The notes under the pieces: generated by a model
Databases searched by the model: none
The model's input: only the letters and a program-made list of their open reading frames with translations
What the model was told of the DNA's origin: nothing
Made by a program: the position numbers and the translations under genes
In this document: piece by piece, positions 28,985-39,068 of the stretch
How positions within the stretch are numbered: position 1 is the stretch's first letter
How the letters are laid out: every line of letters starts with the position of its first letter
DNA from: Minisyncoccota bacterium
GTDB taxonomy: Bacteria > Patescibacteriota > Minisyncoccia > UBA6257 > 2-01-FULL-56-20
Direction of reading: 5' to 3'
Length of the DNA stretch: 64,000 nt
NCBI GenBank assembly: GCA_036510525.1
Contig: DATCDU010000034.1
Location: forward strand, 976-64,975

Positions 28985-30115
28985 CTACCGTACCGTCGCA
29001 CCGAATTCCTTGGCGGTCTCTTCCTCTATATTCTTGTGAAGCACATCTACCTCTTCATTCGTCAGCGTCCGCTCGCTTGAGCGGTACGTGATCCGGTACG
29101 CGTAGCTCTTTTTGTCGGCGCCGAATTTTTCGTCATTCGCGTATTCGTCGATCAGCGCCACTTGTTCCACGAGGTCCCCCGCAATGTCGCGGACGAGATC
29201 GAAATAATCATTCGGCGCGAACGTCTTCGGCACGATGAACGAGATGTCGCGAATGACGGGCGGATATTTGCTCACCTCCACAAACTTTGTGCCCATGTGC
29301 AGCTGTTTCTTCACCCGCTCGTCGGTGGACCAGAGGAGCCGTATATCTGGAAGATCGGTGCTGATCATCGCGAGTCGCTCGAGGCCGAAACCGAACGCCC
29401 ACGCGTTGTATCCCTCCACACCGAATTTTTTGAACACGCTCTGCTTCGTCATGCCACCGCCCATGATCTCCAGCCACTGGCCGTTCACTTCAACCTCGAT
29501 CTGCAGGGATGGATCAGTATATGGGAATGTATCATCTAAAAAGCGGAATTTCACATCAGCGCCGAAGAGCGCGCGAACGATCTCGGAAAGCGCGGCGCGC
29601 AGGTCGTCGATCGTGAGCGGTGCGGTATCTGCGGGCGTCATGTACCATCCGCCGAACTGGTGGAAGATGTTCATGTGCTTGCGATCGATCTCGTCCTTGC
29701 GGTACACCTTTCCGTAACAGACGACGCCTAACTTCTCGCGCCGCGCGATGCGCTCCTTCACTTCCGGCAGCTGCGTGTAGTAATACCACATGACCGTGTC
29801 GTGCGTGCGCAAAATATTCTTGTCGTCCGCATAGTACGTGTCCGAGGTGCTCCGCGCCGGATGGTCGGCGGCAAAATCAAAAAGGTCGAAGCTGATTGAG
29901 GCAGGGACGATCTCCGGAATGATGATATTGTCGAATCCTTTGAGCCCCGGCGTGTTGCACGCGGTTTGCACTATTTCATAGAGCGGACTGCCCGGCGTGC
30001 GCGAAAGGTCGGGCATCGCAAGATAGCGTTTGATGCGCGCCGCCTCCGCATCAGTACGCTTGTCGACCGTCGCCAAAATCCTGTTCTGCTCGTCGAGAGG
30101 AATGCGATATTCCAT
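28985..30115 (-). CDS. pheS: Single-chain phenylalanine--tRNA ligase (catalytic domain fused to FDX-ACB)
   Basis: HPAR..DTYY, GKVYRKDEID..H..FHQ, FPYTDPS, WAFGFGLERLAM, then SKYPPVIRDISF...YRITYRS.ERTLT. Confidence 0.9.
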   Translation of the reverse strand: MEYRIPLDEQNRILATVDKRTDAEAARIKRYLAMPDLSRTPGSPLYEIVQTACNTPGLKGFDNIIIPEIVPASISFDLFDFAADHPARSTSDTYYADDKNILRTHDTVMWYYYTQLPEVKERIARREKLGVVCYGKVYRKDEIDRKHMNIFHQFGGWYMTPADTAPLTIDDLRAALSEIVRALFGADVKFRFLDDTFPYTDPSLQIEVEVNGQWLEIMGGGMTKQSVFKKFGVEGYNAWAFGFGLERLAMISTDLPDIRLLWSTDERVKKQLHMGTKFVEVSKYPPVIRDISFIVPKTFAPNDYFDLVRDIAGDLVEQVALIDEYANDEKFGADKKSYAYRITYRSSERTLTNEEVDVLHKNIEEETAKEFGATVR

Positions 30116-30172
30116 AACTACGATGGTAGCAGATATGGCCGATTACGAAAAGAATACCCGGGCTATGTGGGC

Positions 30173-31051
30173 CTAGGAGTGCGCGATCTCCTTAAGAAGC
30201 GCTTCGTCGATTTTTTCGTTGAATTCGAAAACGTGTTCCGGGTCGATCTCTTTGCGGTAAGAGATGTCTATTTCGGGTTTGCCGTCGCGCATGACGATGT
30301 CCGTTTTGAATCCTTCGGCGAAGCCGAATCCCTGGTTGCCGAGAAGTTCCACAAACTCATCCCGCTCTTTCTTGCCTTTCGTCTGCTCGATTACCTTCGC
30401 GAGGAAACATTCCAATATGCCCTGATGGGATGAGAGGAAACGCTCCAAGGTCTCCGAATATGCACTGTCTTCTTTATTTACGAGCTTATCCCACTGCGGC
30501 GCGATCTGGACATATTTCTCAATGACTTGGGCAATTTTCGATGCGGCCCGGGAGTACGTCGTACTGTCTTTATCTCCTAATTTTTCGGCCAACGCGTCGC
30601 TATTCTCCACGAGGAATTTCAAATACTCCCCCTTATTGAAAGCGTCATATCCCTCTTTGCCAAACTCGGTCGTTTCATCAAGGACAAAGTTGAGGCGCTC
30701 ATCGATCCCTATCTTGGAACCCACCTTAAGATCGGTGTCGAGCTTTTCTTGAAGCTCCTCAAGGGTTTCGTCTCCGGCGATATCATCTTCGCCCCCGGCC
30801 ATTGCGAGCGCGGCGGTCTCACGCGTCCTCTTTCGGGACGTCCCGAAAGCCACCGCCTGATCCACATTGGCAGCGCGATCCTTTGCCATCGCCTGCTCCC
30901 TCCCTGTTGGGGACAACAGGATATCCTCATCCCTCTTCTCGGGAGCTTTCTCCTTCTGGGCATGGCGCATGAACGACAACTCTATGCGCGAGCTATAGGG
31001 CTCCTGGGCTTCGTTGTGCTCGATACGTCCTTCTAATCCTTTGCCTTCCAT
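30173..31051 (-). CDS. Histidine phosphatase superfamily protein
   Basis: FMRHA, LSPTGREQA, S.RKRTRETA, DERL, SSHQG. Confidence 0.8.
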   Translation of the reverse strand: MEGKGLEGRIEHNEAQEPYSSRIELSFMRHAQKEKAPEKRDEDILLSPTGREQAMAKDRAANVDQAVAFGTSRKRTRETAALAMAGGEDDIAGDETLEELQEKLDTDLKVGSKIGIDERLNFVLDETTEFGKEGYDAFNKGEYLKFLVENSDALAEKLGDKDSTTYSRAASKIAQVIEKYVQIAPQWDKLVNKEDSAYSETLERFLSSHQGILECFLAKVIEQTKGKKERDEFVELLGNQGFGFAEGFKTDIVMRDGKPEIDISYRKEIDPEHVFEFNEKIDEALLKEIAHS

Positions 31052-31060
31052 GCCATTAGC

Positions 31061-32095
31061 TTAATGTCTTTTTATGATAGTGACAAGTCCTTTGTTTGCA
31101 TCCACTTCTATAAGATCGCCATCACTAAGTATTTCGGTAGCGATCTTTGTTCCGATGATACATGGCTTCTTGAGTTCTCTGGCGACGATAGCCGCATGAC
31201 AAGTGACACCACCTTCGTCGGTAACAATAGCCACAGCTCGCTTCATGGCAACCACATAATCCGGCATCGTCATGGGGCTTACCAAAACTTCACCCTCTTT
31301 TAGTTTAGAGACCTCTTCCCGTTTTTTAATGATCCGAACTTTCCCCCGCGCAATCCCCGGATAGGCAACTTTGCCTTTGAATTCCGAAATGTTAGTTTTC
31401 TTTTCGGAGGAAACAATATCAATATCAAAGATCTTTTCCATATCGGGGATACCCTTTCCTGTATATAATTTAGCATTTGCAAAACTATACTTTTTAGCGC
31501 GATCTTCCAGCTCCTGTTTTGAGGGTAACTTGTTCGAAACGATTTCCTTCAATAGTAATGTATTAGCCAATGCGCCGAGCTTGGGATAAATTTTTCTTAG
31601 GGATTTCCTGATCACGACGTCGCTATCAGGAATCATGCGCTCGTTATTGATACGGGCAGTATGAGTAAGTTTGAATTCTCTACTTTTCGGATCAACCATT
31701 TCCATTATCCACCAAATCGCCTCGTACCATGCCCACACATCACGGAGTCGTACAAGATACTTCACCAGCTCAGCGTGATTGAGCGTTTTTCTTTTGGCCC
31801 ACACTGGCTTTATTAATCTCGCCCGTTGATTAAATTCACCAGCGATCTTTTCAACAAATTTTTTATCTTTCTTTATCAATCTACGCAACTCACTATTGAT
31901 CCAGTCCAATCCCTTGGGATTGAAATAATCGGTCACGATACCATTCTCACGGATAAAGATTTGGAACGGTAATTCGGGGTTTGTCTTCTTTGTCCATTGG
32001 CGCGGATCGGTTGTCTCAGCGCGCGCCCACGTTTCTATGAGTGGCAACGTGAAGTCACGGGCGAAATAACGGGAATAAATTCTCTCATTTTTCAT
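31061..32095 (-). CDS. PEP-utilising His-swivel domain protein without ATP-grasp
   Basis: About 240-aa helical N-domain followed by TDEGGVTCHAAIVARELKKPCIIGTK. Confidence 0.88.
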   Translation of the reverse strand: MKNERIYSRYFARDFTLPLIETWARAETTDPRQWTKKTNPELPFQIFIRENGIVTDYFNPKGLDWINSELRRLIKKDKKFVEKIAGEFNQRARLIKPVWAKRKTLNHAELVKYLVRLRDVWAWYEAIWWIMEMVDPKSREFKLTHTARINNERMIPDSDVVIRKSLRKIYPKLGALANTLLLKEIVSNKLPSKQELEDRAKKYSFANAKLYTGKGIPDMEKIFDIDIVSSEKKTNISEFKGKVAYPGIARGKVRIIKKREEVSKLKEGEVLVSPMTMPDYVVAMKRAVAIVTDEGGVTCHAAIVARELKKPCIIGTKIATEILSDGDLIEVDANKGLVTIIKRH

Positions 32096-33614
32096 TGGAT
32101 CGTTTTATAATTTTCACCGTTCCCTTCTCTGCATCCACTTCTACAAGATCTCCGTTCTTCAAAACCTTTGTAGCGATCTTCGTTGCGATGACGCACGGCT
32201 TGCCCAATTCCCGCGACATGATCGCGGCATGGGACAAAAGGCCGCCTTCATCCGTGACGATCGCGCTCGCCCGCTTCATAGCCGGCACGTAATCGGGATT
32301 CGTCATCGGACAAACCAAAATCTCTCCTTCTCGAATGGCATGCGCTTCGGATGGCTGCAGCGCGATCCTTACCTTCGCCCGGCTAAATCCCTTGCAAGCT
32401 ATTTGTCCCTTTAATTCAGTTATGGAATCGTCAACCGTATTGAATGACTGATCGATCCACTGGCTGATCTCGTGCCCTTTTACGCCCACGGCCATATACT
32501 GCTGGCCGTTCAAGATCATCATGGCGAAACCTTTTTTCCTTTCTTGAATAGTTTTCGTCGCAATGTCTTCTTGCTTTTCAAGCGCCCGGATAATCTCGCT
32601 CGAAAGGAGATATTGTGTGTCTTCGAATTTCACACCGATGCGCTTGGCCACCAACTGCAGGAAATCAAGATAGCGCGAAGAGGCCTTATAGGCCTCTTCG
32701 ATCCCGGCAGTGAGCACATATCCAAGCTCCCGCGCGTTTTCAACGTCGCGAAGAAATTTCCCATCATTCCGCCCCAATGCGAGAATTTTTCTAGCCAATT
32801 TCTGATTTTTTACATTCGCCTTCTTCTGTATTTCAAATGTCTCTTTGAAACCGCTCTTTATGGCGTCCGTGACGCGCCGGACAAGCTCGTTGTACGTCAT
32901 GGGGAAAAGCGGGTTAAGAAGGAATGTCGTGAGCCAATCATATTTTTTGAGGTACGCCCGAGCAGCTTTTTGAAACGCCGAATCGCGTGCAAAATTTTTC
33001 TTTTTCTCTGCGATGCACACCAGCGAATACAACGCCCCTTGCTCAAGCTGAAATCCTGTTTTCTTGATCGGGAAAACGACGTTCAAAAGCGCTTCATCGA
33101 AATCGGTCAGCTTCTCAATTTGTTTGCGATATCGTTCCAAGCCGTGCTTAACTTTGTCCGTCAACATATTCTCACTCGAAAGATAATAGGGATACCAAAA
33201 CCATGGAATGGCCTTGAGAAATGCCGCATCCATACGCCGCCAATATTTCGCCAACTGCCCGTTGGAGATCTTTTTATCTTTGATCGCGATATTTATCTCG
33301 TCAGCAACCTCGTTCAAGCTTTTGGGAACTTCAACTGATGATCTGAGAACCGTCCACAGCGCGCGGGGATTCTTCAATTTCTCCCGCAACTTCTGAAGCA
33401 TGATCTGCCGTTGTTTGGGATTATTATGCCCCTTGCTCGAATCGGTAAAAAGATAATCGTATGTATAGAGGTCAATACCGATCTCGCTGGGTAAGTGGGT
33501 CGCGATCGCCCGACAAAACAAATCGGCGAGCAGGATCGGCTGCTCCCCTCGTTGCTGAAATTCAAACTCCCAATTTTTGAGATGGACGAGTTTCTTTTCG
33601 ATTGGTTTTAACAT
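32085..33614 (-). CDS. PEP-utilising His-swivel domain protein without ATP-grasp
   Basis: About 400-aa helical N-domain followed by TDEGGLLSHAAIMSRELGKPCVIATK. Confidence 0.88.
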   Translation of the reverse strand: MLKPIEKKLVHLKNWEFEFQQRGEQPILLADLFCRAIATHLPSEIGIDLYTYDYLFTDSSKGHNNPKQRQIMLQKLREKLKNPRALWTVLRSSVEVPKSLNEVADEINIAIKDKKISNGQLAKYWRRMDAAFLKAIPWFWYPYYLSSENMLTDKVKHGLERYRKQIEKLTDFDEALLNVVFPIKKTGFQLEQGALYSLVCIAEKKKNFARDSAFQKAARAYLKKYDWLTTFLLNPLFPMTYNELVRRVTDAIKSGFKETFEIQKKANVKNQKLARKILALGRNDGKFLRDVENARELGYVLTAGIEEAYKASSRYLDFLQLVAKRIGVKFEDTQYLLSSEIIRALEKQEDIATKTIQERKKGFAMMILNGQQYMAVGVKGHEISQWIDQSFNTVDDSITELKGQIACKGFSRAKVRIALQPSEAHAIREGEILVCPMTNPDYVPAMKRASAIVTDEGGLLSHAAIMSRELGKPCVIATKIATKVLKNGDLVEVDAEKGTVKIIKRSNEK

Positions 33615-33629
33615 GATCAGGGCGTTGGC

Positions 33630-36600
33630 CTATTTTAAGATTTTCACGATACCCTTGTCCGCATCCACCTCCACCATGTCGCCGTCTTTCAGCACCTGCG
33701 TCGCGATCTTTGTGCCTACAACGCATGGCACTTTGAGCTCACGGCTTGCGATGGCGGCGTGGCATGTCGTCCCACCCTCATCGGTAACGACCGCTGCTGC
33801 CTTCTTCATGATCGGAACGTAATCGGGATTGGTCATCTCGGTGACTAACACGTCGCCCGGCGCAAAATCCTTCATATCCGCAAACGAGCGGATCTTTTTC
33901 ACGCGGCCCCTCACGACACCTTTGTACGCCGGCGTTCCTTTGATCTCTGCAATCCCCTCGGCCGTCGCTTTTTCGAGCTCAATATTATTCTCCGAGAGTA
34001 AAGCGTCCAAACGCTCTATGGGATAGATCGTACCGTTCAGCATAACACAGCCATTTCTCCGTGAGCGAACCAGGGCGAGAACTTTTTCCCGGGAATTCCC
34101 CGCCAATTTAGCAACCTCGCCCGGCGCGATAAAAAACGTTATGTCCTTCAGCTCGGGGAAACGATCATGCCAAAATGCCACCATCACTTTATTCATTTTC
34201 TCGGTGTACTTCTCCGATTCCTCTCGATACCGTAGAAATTTCTTGCGAAGCGCCGGGCTTACCTCGGCCATGTCGGGAATGGTGAATGCCGTATTCATCG
34301 CCGACCACCAATCAACAAGATGCTCATAATAATTGTTGAAGTCTTTGACGGTCCGTATTTTCTTTTTATCCAAAAGGTAGGGCGATATCACCTTCCAGTT
34401 TGCATCGAGCGTTTTTACGAAACGCCGGACAAGCGTCGGGTCGCTCTTGAGTTTTTCTTTTAAAAGAGTGTTGATGATCGCCAGCTCCGCCGAAGAGTAC
34501 CACACCGATCCCTTTTCGCCGGGAGGAGGGACGATGAATAGATTTTGTCTTACGTTGTGGCCCAGAAAATTTTTCCATCCGCGGCGGTCGCTATCGTTCC
34601 ACATCGAGAAATAGAACAGTGTCTTCTCGCGAGAATAAATCTTCGAAAGGATATTCGTAATTCCCCGGACTTCGCTTAATGGCTTGAACTCTGTTTTGCC
34701 GCCCATGGTCGTCAAAGCCCACCCTTCTTTTCTCTTTTTTATTTCTTCCAAGTCCTTCCTGGTAAGTTTTTCGATACGATACACCTCCTCGGGCATCAAA
34801 AGGCCCGCGACCGCGGTATGCCGGGGATATTTCTTTTCGAAGAAATCCCTGTATACTCTATCAATCTCATTGGAATATTCCTGCGTCGATTCGCGAACCT
34901 TCAATGCCTTTGCCCGTAATCGCTTCGGAATCTCTTCCCTATCCGGTACCCCAAAAAGATATGCCATCGGAACCCACCACTGGACGCAGTCATTATAATA
35001 CCCTGCTAATTCCTTCAGATTCTTTATTTTCTTCTTCTTTGATATATAAAGCCATAGTTTCTTCCAGTAACGATAAAAATCGGCGATGATCACATCGAGT
35101 AATTTTGGATCCTCAATGATGGCCTGGGATATCTTCTTAAAGATCTCTTCGAGCTCATCGAGGTCGAAATAGATATCCACCACGCCGGAGGCATCGCGCA
35201 GGAAGGCCATGTTCCGGAAATTCGTCCCCGGAATATATCTCTCAAAATGGTCGCGATCCGCTTCATTCCAAATACTCGCGTAAAAGAAAGAGTGCTCGCG
35301 GGTCATGAATTTAAAGAGTTTCACGGATGAAGGCGGCATTCCAGCACTGTCACCATGTAAGATCCGGACCACGCCCCTATTCGCGTCCACCTCCACCACG
35401 TCCCCGTCTTTCAGCACCTGCGTAGCGATCTTCGTGCCAATAATGCAGGGCTTCTTCAGCTCTCTCGCCACGATACCGGCGTGGCAGGTGATCCCACCCT
35501 CATCGGTGACGAACGCCGCCGCGCGACGCATAGTGGGTAGAAAATCAGGAGTCGTCATCGGGGAAACAATGATGTCTCCCTCGCGAACTTCATCGAGCTG
35601 ATCACGTCGGCGCAATATTTTCACCGGGCCCGTTGCTATGCCCTTTTGCGCGATCTCGCCTTTAATAACTCCGCTGTTATTCCCGACAATCGCATCTCCT
35701 TTAAAAGAAAATTGCGGATTATTTTTCTCAAAATCAGATAGTGTACCTAAAAAAAGATCTTTGCCATCCACAATAAGTGAGTGTAGCTTGCGATCCTCAA
35801 GCTCCGGTGCGGCCGGAATCTTTTTTATCTCATCTATGAATATCGTCGTTTCGTAATTTTTCGTTCGAGGATATATTTCGGAAATGCTCTTTCTGATCGC
35901 AATATCGTTTTGCGCGAAAAATTCATCTTTATTGCGCATCGCCAATGCCTTCGCCCGTATACCCTTCGGTGTCTTATCATTGACGGCAGAATAATAGTAG
36001 AAAACGAAATATGGCATCGCCTCATCCGAAAGCTTGATGAGTTGAGCGAGTTTATTCACGCCCAGCTTCTTCTCTTTCCAAAGCTTGTGGATAATCGCCA
36101 ATTTCGCTTTATATTTTTCGAGGACATCGTCGATGAATTTGGGATCCTCTTCATTCTTCTTCAAGACCACGTCCTCAAGCCATTCGGTGGCGCGAAGATT
36201 TTCCCAGATCTCGATACTTCCCTGATTCATATAATGGATGATCCCCGGTAAATAGGGGTTCTTCCACCCAAATTCTTTTTCAACTCCCCGCGAACATCCG
36301 ATCGCCCACAACTCTTGCATGATATAGGTGGTATCACGCGTGTAGATTTTCTCGAAAGTCACTTGACCACTCGATCGTTCCAAAATTCTTACGACGCCTT
36401 TGTCTGCATCCACCTCCACCATATCGCCACTCTTGATAACACGACTGGCATTCTTCGTCCCGATGATGCACGGCTTTTTCATCTCGCGGGCGATGATGGC
36501 GGCATGACACGTAATACCCCCTTGATCGGTCACGAACGCCGATGCTTTTTTCATCGCCGGGACATATTCAGGGGTTGTCTGGTTGGCCACCAATATATCC

Positions 36601-38870
36601 CCCTCGTTAAAGGCCTCGATCTCGGACATATTCGTTGCCACGCGGGCGATGCCGCGCACCAATCCCTTGTAGGCAACCGTACCCCGGATCTCATCCACAC
36701 CCAAAGAAGAAGGAAAAAAGTGTTCGACCGAAATTTCTTTTTCGTACTCAGAACGGGATATCACGCGGCATTCCCCTGCAGAGAAAACGAACAGTGCTCC
36801 CTTGTCGCGGCGCAGACGAACCTCATTCCAATCTATGGCGGCAAACTTCTTCGGATCTAAAAATTCGGATGGGGTAATGTAAAAAATCAATTCCGGATCA
36901 ATGTCGTTCTTGGCCGCAGTCACACCAAGCGCTTCGAAGAATAAAGAATTGCCTCGCAACACGCCTTCTTTTCGCTTATCCTGGATGTGGGTGAATATCT
37001 CCGAGATCTCTATCACACGACGCAACTCTTTGGACACGCCAAGCGTTCGCATCAACTCCGCCTTTTTCTTTTTGTTCTCAGATATTCTTGTCTTTTCCTC
37101 CCGGATTTTCGCTGCAATCCCGTTACCCAATTTTTTGGATTCATCGAGAGCTTCTTGATATACATCTTCGGGAGTCAGCCGGACGCAAATATGATAGCCT
37201 GCCCTCGCCCAGAAGAAATCGTGCACGATAGGCCGACACTCCCCGCGTAAGAGATCTTTTTTGGAACCCTTCGCACCGCCCCGATGGATACGTTGGGCTA
37301 CTTCCAATTTACGAACCTCAAATTCATTCACAAAACTTCCGTATGCAGGTGCCGTAAGGAGTGCGACCACTTCCGGCGTCGCCTTCTTCCCCAATTCATC
37401 TTTAATAAACCGTTCGAGCCAATCTTCTTCCGCATCGTTCAAAAAAGTATCGACGACGTATGCGTAACTCGTATGGCGGACGATCGCATCGTGGATCGGC
37501 TGGAACTTTTTACGAAGCTCGGACGGAGACATTGTGGAAAGGTCAGCATGGGCAACAACCTCCCAATGCTTCAGGAAAATGTCCCATTCATGCTCCCAGT
37601 CTCCGTAGAACTCTTTTGTGAAGTTAGGGTTTTTGATTGCCTCGGCCAATACCTCTTTTCTTTTTTGAACCATCAAGTCCGCATTCCAAAACCAATCGAA
37701 GCGGTCGTTCCTGTTATAGTTTTGGAAAAAGAGACCATAAGGAATTGCGTATGGCGTCGCCTCGCTGCCATACGCTATACCCATGCCTTGTTGAGCAATA
37801 CCGAAAGGATAGCCGGAGAAGCTCTTGTTATACCAATGCGTGTTGGTCTTCATATCTTCCATGGCTTCCTCAAAGGTGTAGCCCTTCGCCATGCTCGTAT
37901 CCCCGGACTTCTCAGGTGCCACAACATCCATCAGCGTCGTGATCGGCCGCGATTGCACAATATAGAACTTTTCTTTCTCAAGTGCCCACTCGATGTCGCA
38001 CGGGAAGCCGTAGTGCTCTTCGATCCGCAGGATGAGCTCCGAGAGCTCAAGGACCTGCTTATCCGAAAGCGCCTGTTGCTCGGCTTTTGATGCAGGAATC
38101 TCCTTCCATTCGTTCTCCGCCTTCGGCGAACGGTAAAGTCCGCGCGTTTTCGCCTGCACCATGCGCTCGATGATCCGCCGAGGCGTTTTCTCGACAACAT
38201 AGCTGTCCGGTGTCACCTGGCCGGATACGATCGCCTCGCCGAGGCCGTAGCTCGCTTCGATGATCAGCTGATTGCGATCCTGTGTGACGGGGTGCACCGA
38301 AAACGCGATGCCGGAGATCTCGCTCTCCACCATTTTTTGAACGACGACCGCGACCGAAATCTTTTGTTTATGGAGATCTTTCTCAAATCGATAGAAAATG
38401 GCGCGCGGCGTAAAGAGCGACGCCCAGCAGCGCTTCACATTTTCCAAAACCTTCGACTGCGATGTGTTGAGAAAGCTGTCGAGCTGGCCCGCCCACGCAG
38501 CGGATGCACTGTCCTCCGCCGTAGCGCTCGAACGCACCGCAACGTACTTCGCGCCAAGTTTTTTAAACGACGAAGTTATCTCCCGCGCGATATCCTTCGG
38601 CATCGTTGCCGCAAGGATGAGCGCCCGAATCTTTTCCGAAGCGTTCTCAACGGTGTGGATCTCTTCGTGATTGACGGAATCCAGGATCGCATCGATGTCG
38701 GCGGCCAGCCCGGTCTCTTCTATAAACTTCTCGAATGAGGCGGACAGGATGACGAATCCCGGCGGCACGGGGATCCCGGCTTGGGTCATCTCGCCCAAGG
38801 AAGCGCCCTTGCCTCCGGCAAGACCCACATCGCTTTTGTTCAACTCCTTGAAATTGCGGAGGAGTTCCAT
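33630..38870 (-). CDS. Multidomain dikinase-like phosphotransferase: PPDK/PPS-type ATP-grasp plus three His-swivel domains
   Basis: GGKGASLGEM, AVRSSATAED, DIEWA, QSRPIT; three GGxTCHA motifs; no pyruvate-binding barrel. Confidence 0.9.
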   Translation of the reverse strand: MELLRNFKELNKSDVGLAGGKGASLGEMTQAGIPVPPGFVILSASFEKFIEETGLAADIDAILDSVNHEEIHTVENASEKIRALILAATMPKDIAREITSSFKKLGAKYVAVRSSATAEDSASAAWAGQLDSFLNTSQSKVLENVKRCWASLFTPRAIFYRFEKDLHKQKISVAVVVQKMVESEISGIAFSVHPVTQDRNQLIIEASYGLGEAIVSGQVTPDSYVVEKTPRRIIERMVQAKTRGLYRSPKAENEWKEIPASKAEQQALSDKQVLELSELILRIEEHYGFPCDIEWALEKEKFYIVQSRPITTLMDVVAPEKSGDTSMAKGYTFEEAMEDMKTNTHWYNKSFSGYPFGIAQQGMGIAYGSEATPYAIPYGLFFQNYNRNDRFDWFWNADLMVQKRKEVLAEAIKNPNFTKEFYGDWEHEWDIFLKHWEVVAHADLSTMSPSELRKKFQPIHDAIVRHTSYAYVVDTFLNDAEEDWLERFIKDELGKKATPEVVALLTAPAYGSFVNEFEVRKLEVAQRIHRGGAKGSKKDLLRGECRPIVHDFFWARAGYHICVRLTPEDVYQEALDESKKLGNGIAAKIREEKTRISENKKKKAELMRTLGVSKELRRVIEISEIFTHIQDKRKEGVLRGNSLFFEALGVTAAKNDIDPELIFYITPSEFLDPKKFAAIDWNEVRLRRDKGALFVFSAGECRVISRSEYEKEISVEHFFPSSLGVDEIRGTVAYKGLVRGIARVATNMSEIEAFNEGDILVANQTTPEYVPAMKKASAFVTDQGGITCHAAIIAREMKKPCIIGTKNASRVIKSGDMVEVDADKGVVRILERSSGQVTFEKIYTRDTTYIMQELWAIGCSRGVEKEFGWKNPYLPGIIHYMNQGSIEIWENLRATEWLEDVVLKKNEEDPKFIDDVLEKYKAKLAIIHKLWKEKKLGVNKLAQLIKLSDEAMPYFVFYYYSAVNDKTPKGIRAKALAMRNKDEFFAQNDIAIRKSISEIYPRTKNYETTIFIDEIKKIPAAPELEDRKLHSLIVDGKDLFLGTLSDFEKNNPQFSFKGDAIVGNNSGVIKGEIAQKGIATGPVKILRRRDQLDEVREGDIIVSPMTTPDFLPTMRRAAAFVTDEGGITCHAGIVARELKKPCIIGTKIATQVLKDGDVVEVDANRGVVRILHGDSAGMPPSSVKLFKFMTREHSFFYASIWNEADRDHFERYIPGTNFRNMAFLRDASGVVDIYFDLDELEEIFKKISQAIIEDPKLLDVIIADFYRYWKKLWLYISKKKKIKNLKELAGYYNDCVQWWVPMAYLFGVPDREEIPKRLRAKALKVRESTQEYSNEIDRVYRDFFEKKYPRHTAVAGLLMPEEVYRIEKLTRKDLEEIKKRKEGWALTTMGGKTEFKPLSEVRGITNILSKIYSREKTLFYFSMWNDSDRRGWKNFLGHNVRQNLFIVPPPGEKGSVWYSSAELAIINTLLKEKLKSDPTLVRRFVKTLDANWKVISPYLLDKKKIRTVKDFNNYYEHLVDWWSAMNTAFTIPDMAEVSPALRKKFLRYREESEKYTEKMNKVMVAFWHDRFPELKDITFFIAPGEVAKLAGNSREKVLALVRSRRNGCVMLNGTIYPIERLDALLSENNIELEKATAEGIAEIKGTPAYKGVVRGRVKKIRSFADMKDFAPGDVLVTEMTNPDYVPIMKKAAAVVTDEGGTTCHAAIASRELKVPCVVGTKIATQVLKDGDMVEVDADKGIVKILK

Positions 38871-38903
38871 AATATCCCTAAGATATCATATTTTTCTAGT
38901 TTG

Positions 38904-38975
38904 TGCCGACGGCAGGGATCGAACCTGCGACCTTGGCCTTATGAAAGCCCTGCTCTACCACTGAGCTACGTCGGC
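38904..38975 (-). tRNA. tRNA with CAT anticodon (elongator Met more likely than Ile2)
   Basis: GCCGACG/CGTCGGC-A acceptor, canonical D and T arms, anticodon loop TTCATAA. Confidence 0.9.
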
Positions 38976-39068
38976 GTGTGTCCGCGCGAAAGCAGAATAA
39001 CTATATTATAGCTGGCAGCGAGAGGCAAATGAAGGAATCAAATTCTTTACATTCTTATGCGCATCCTC

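Noticed and set aside
33630-38870. Annotation as phosphoenolpyruvate synthase (ppsA)
   Set aside because: The C-terminal PEP/pyruvate-binding TIM barrel is absent from all three genes.
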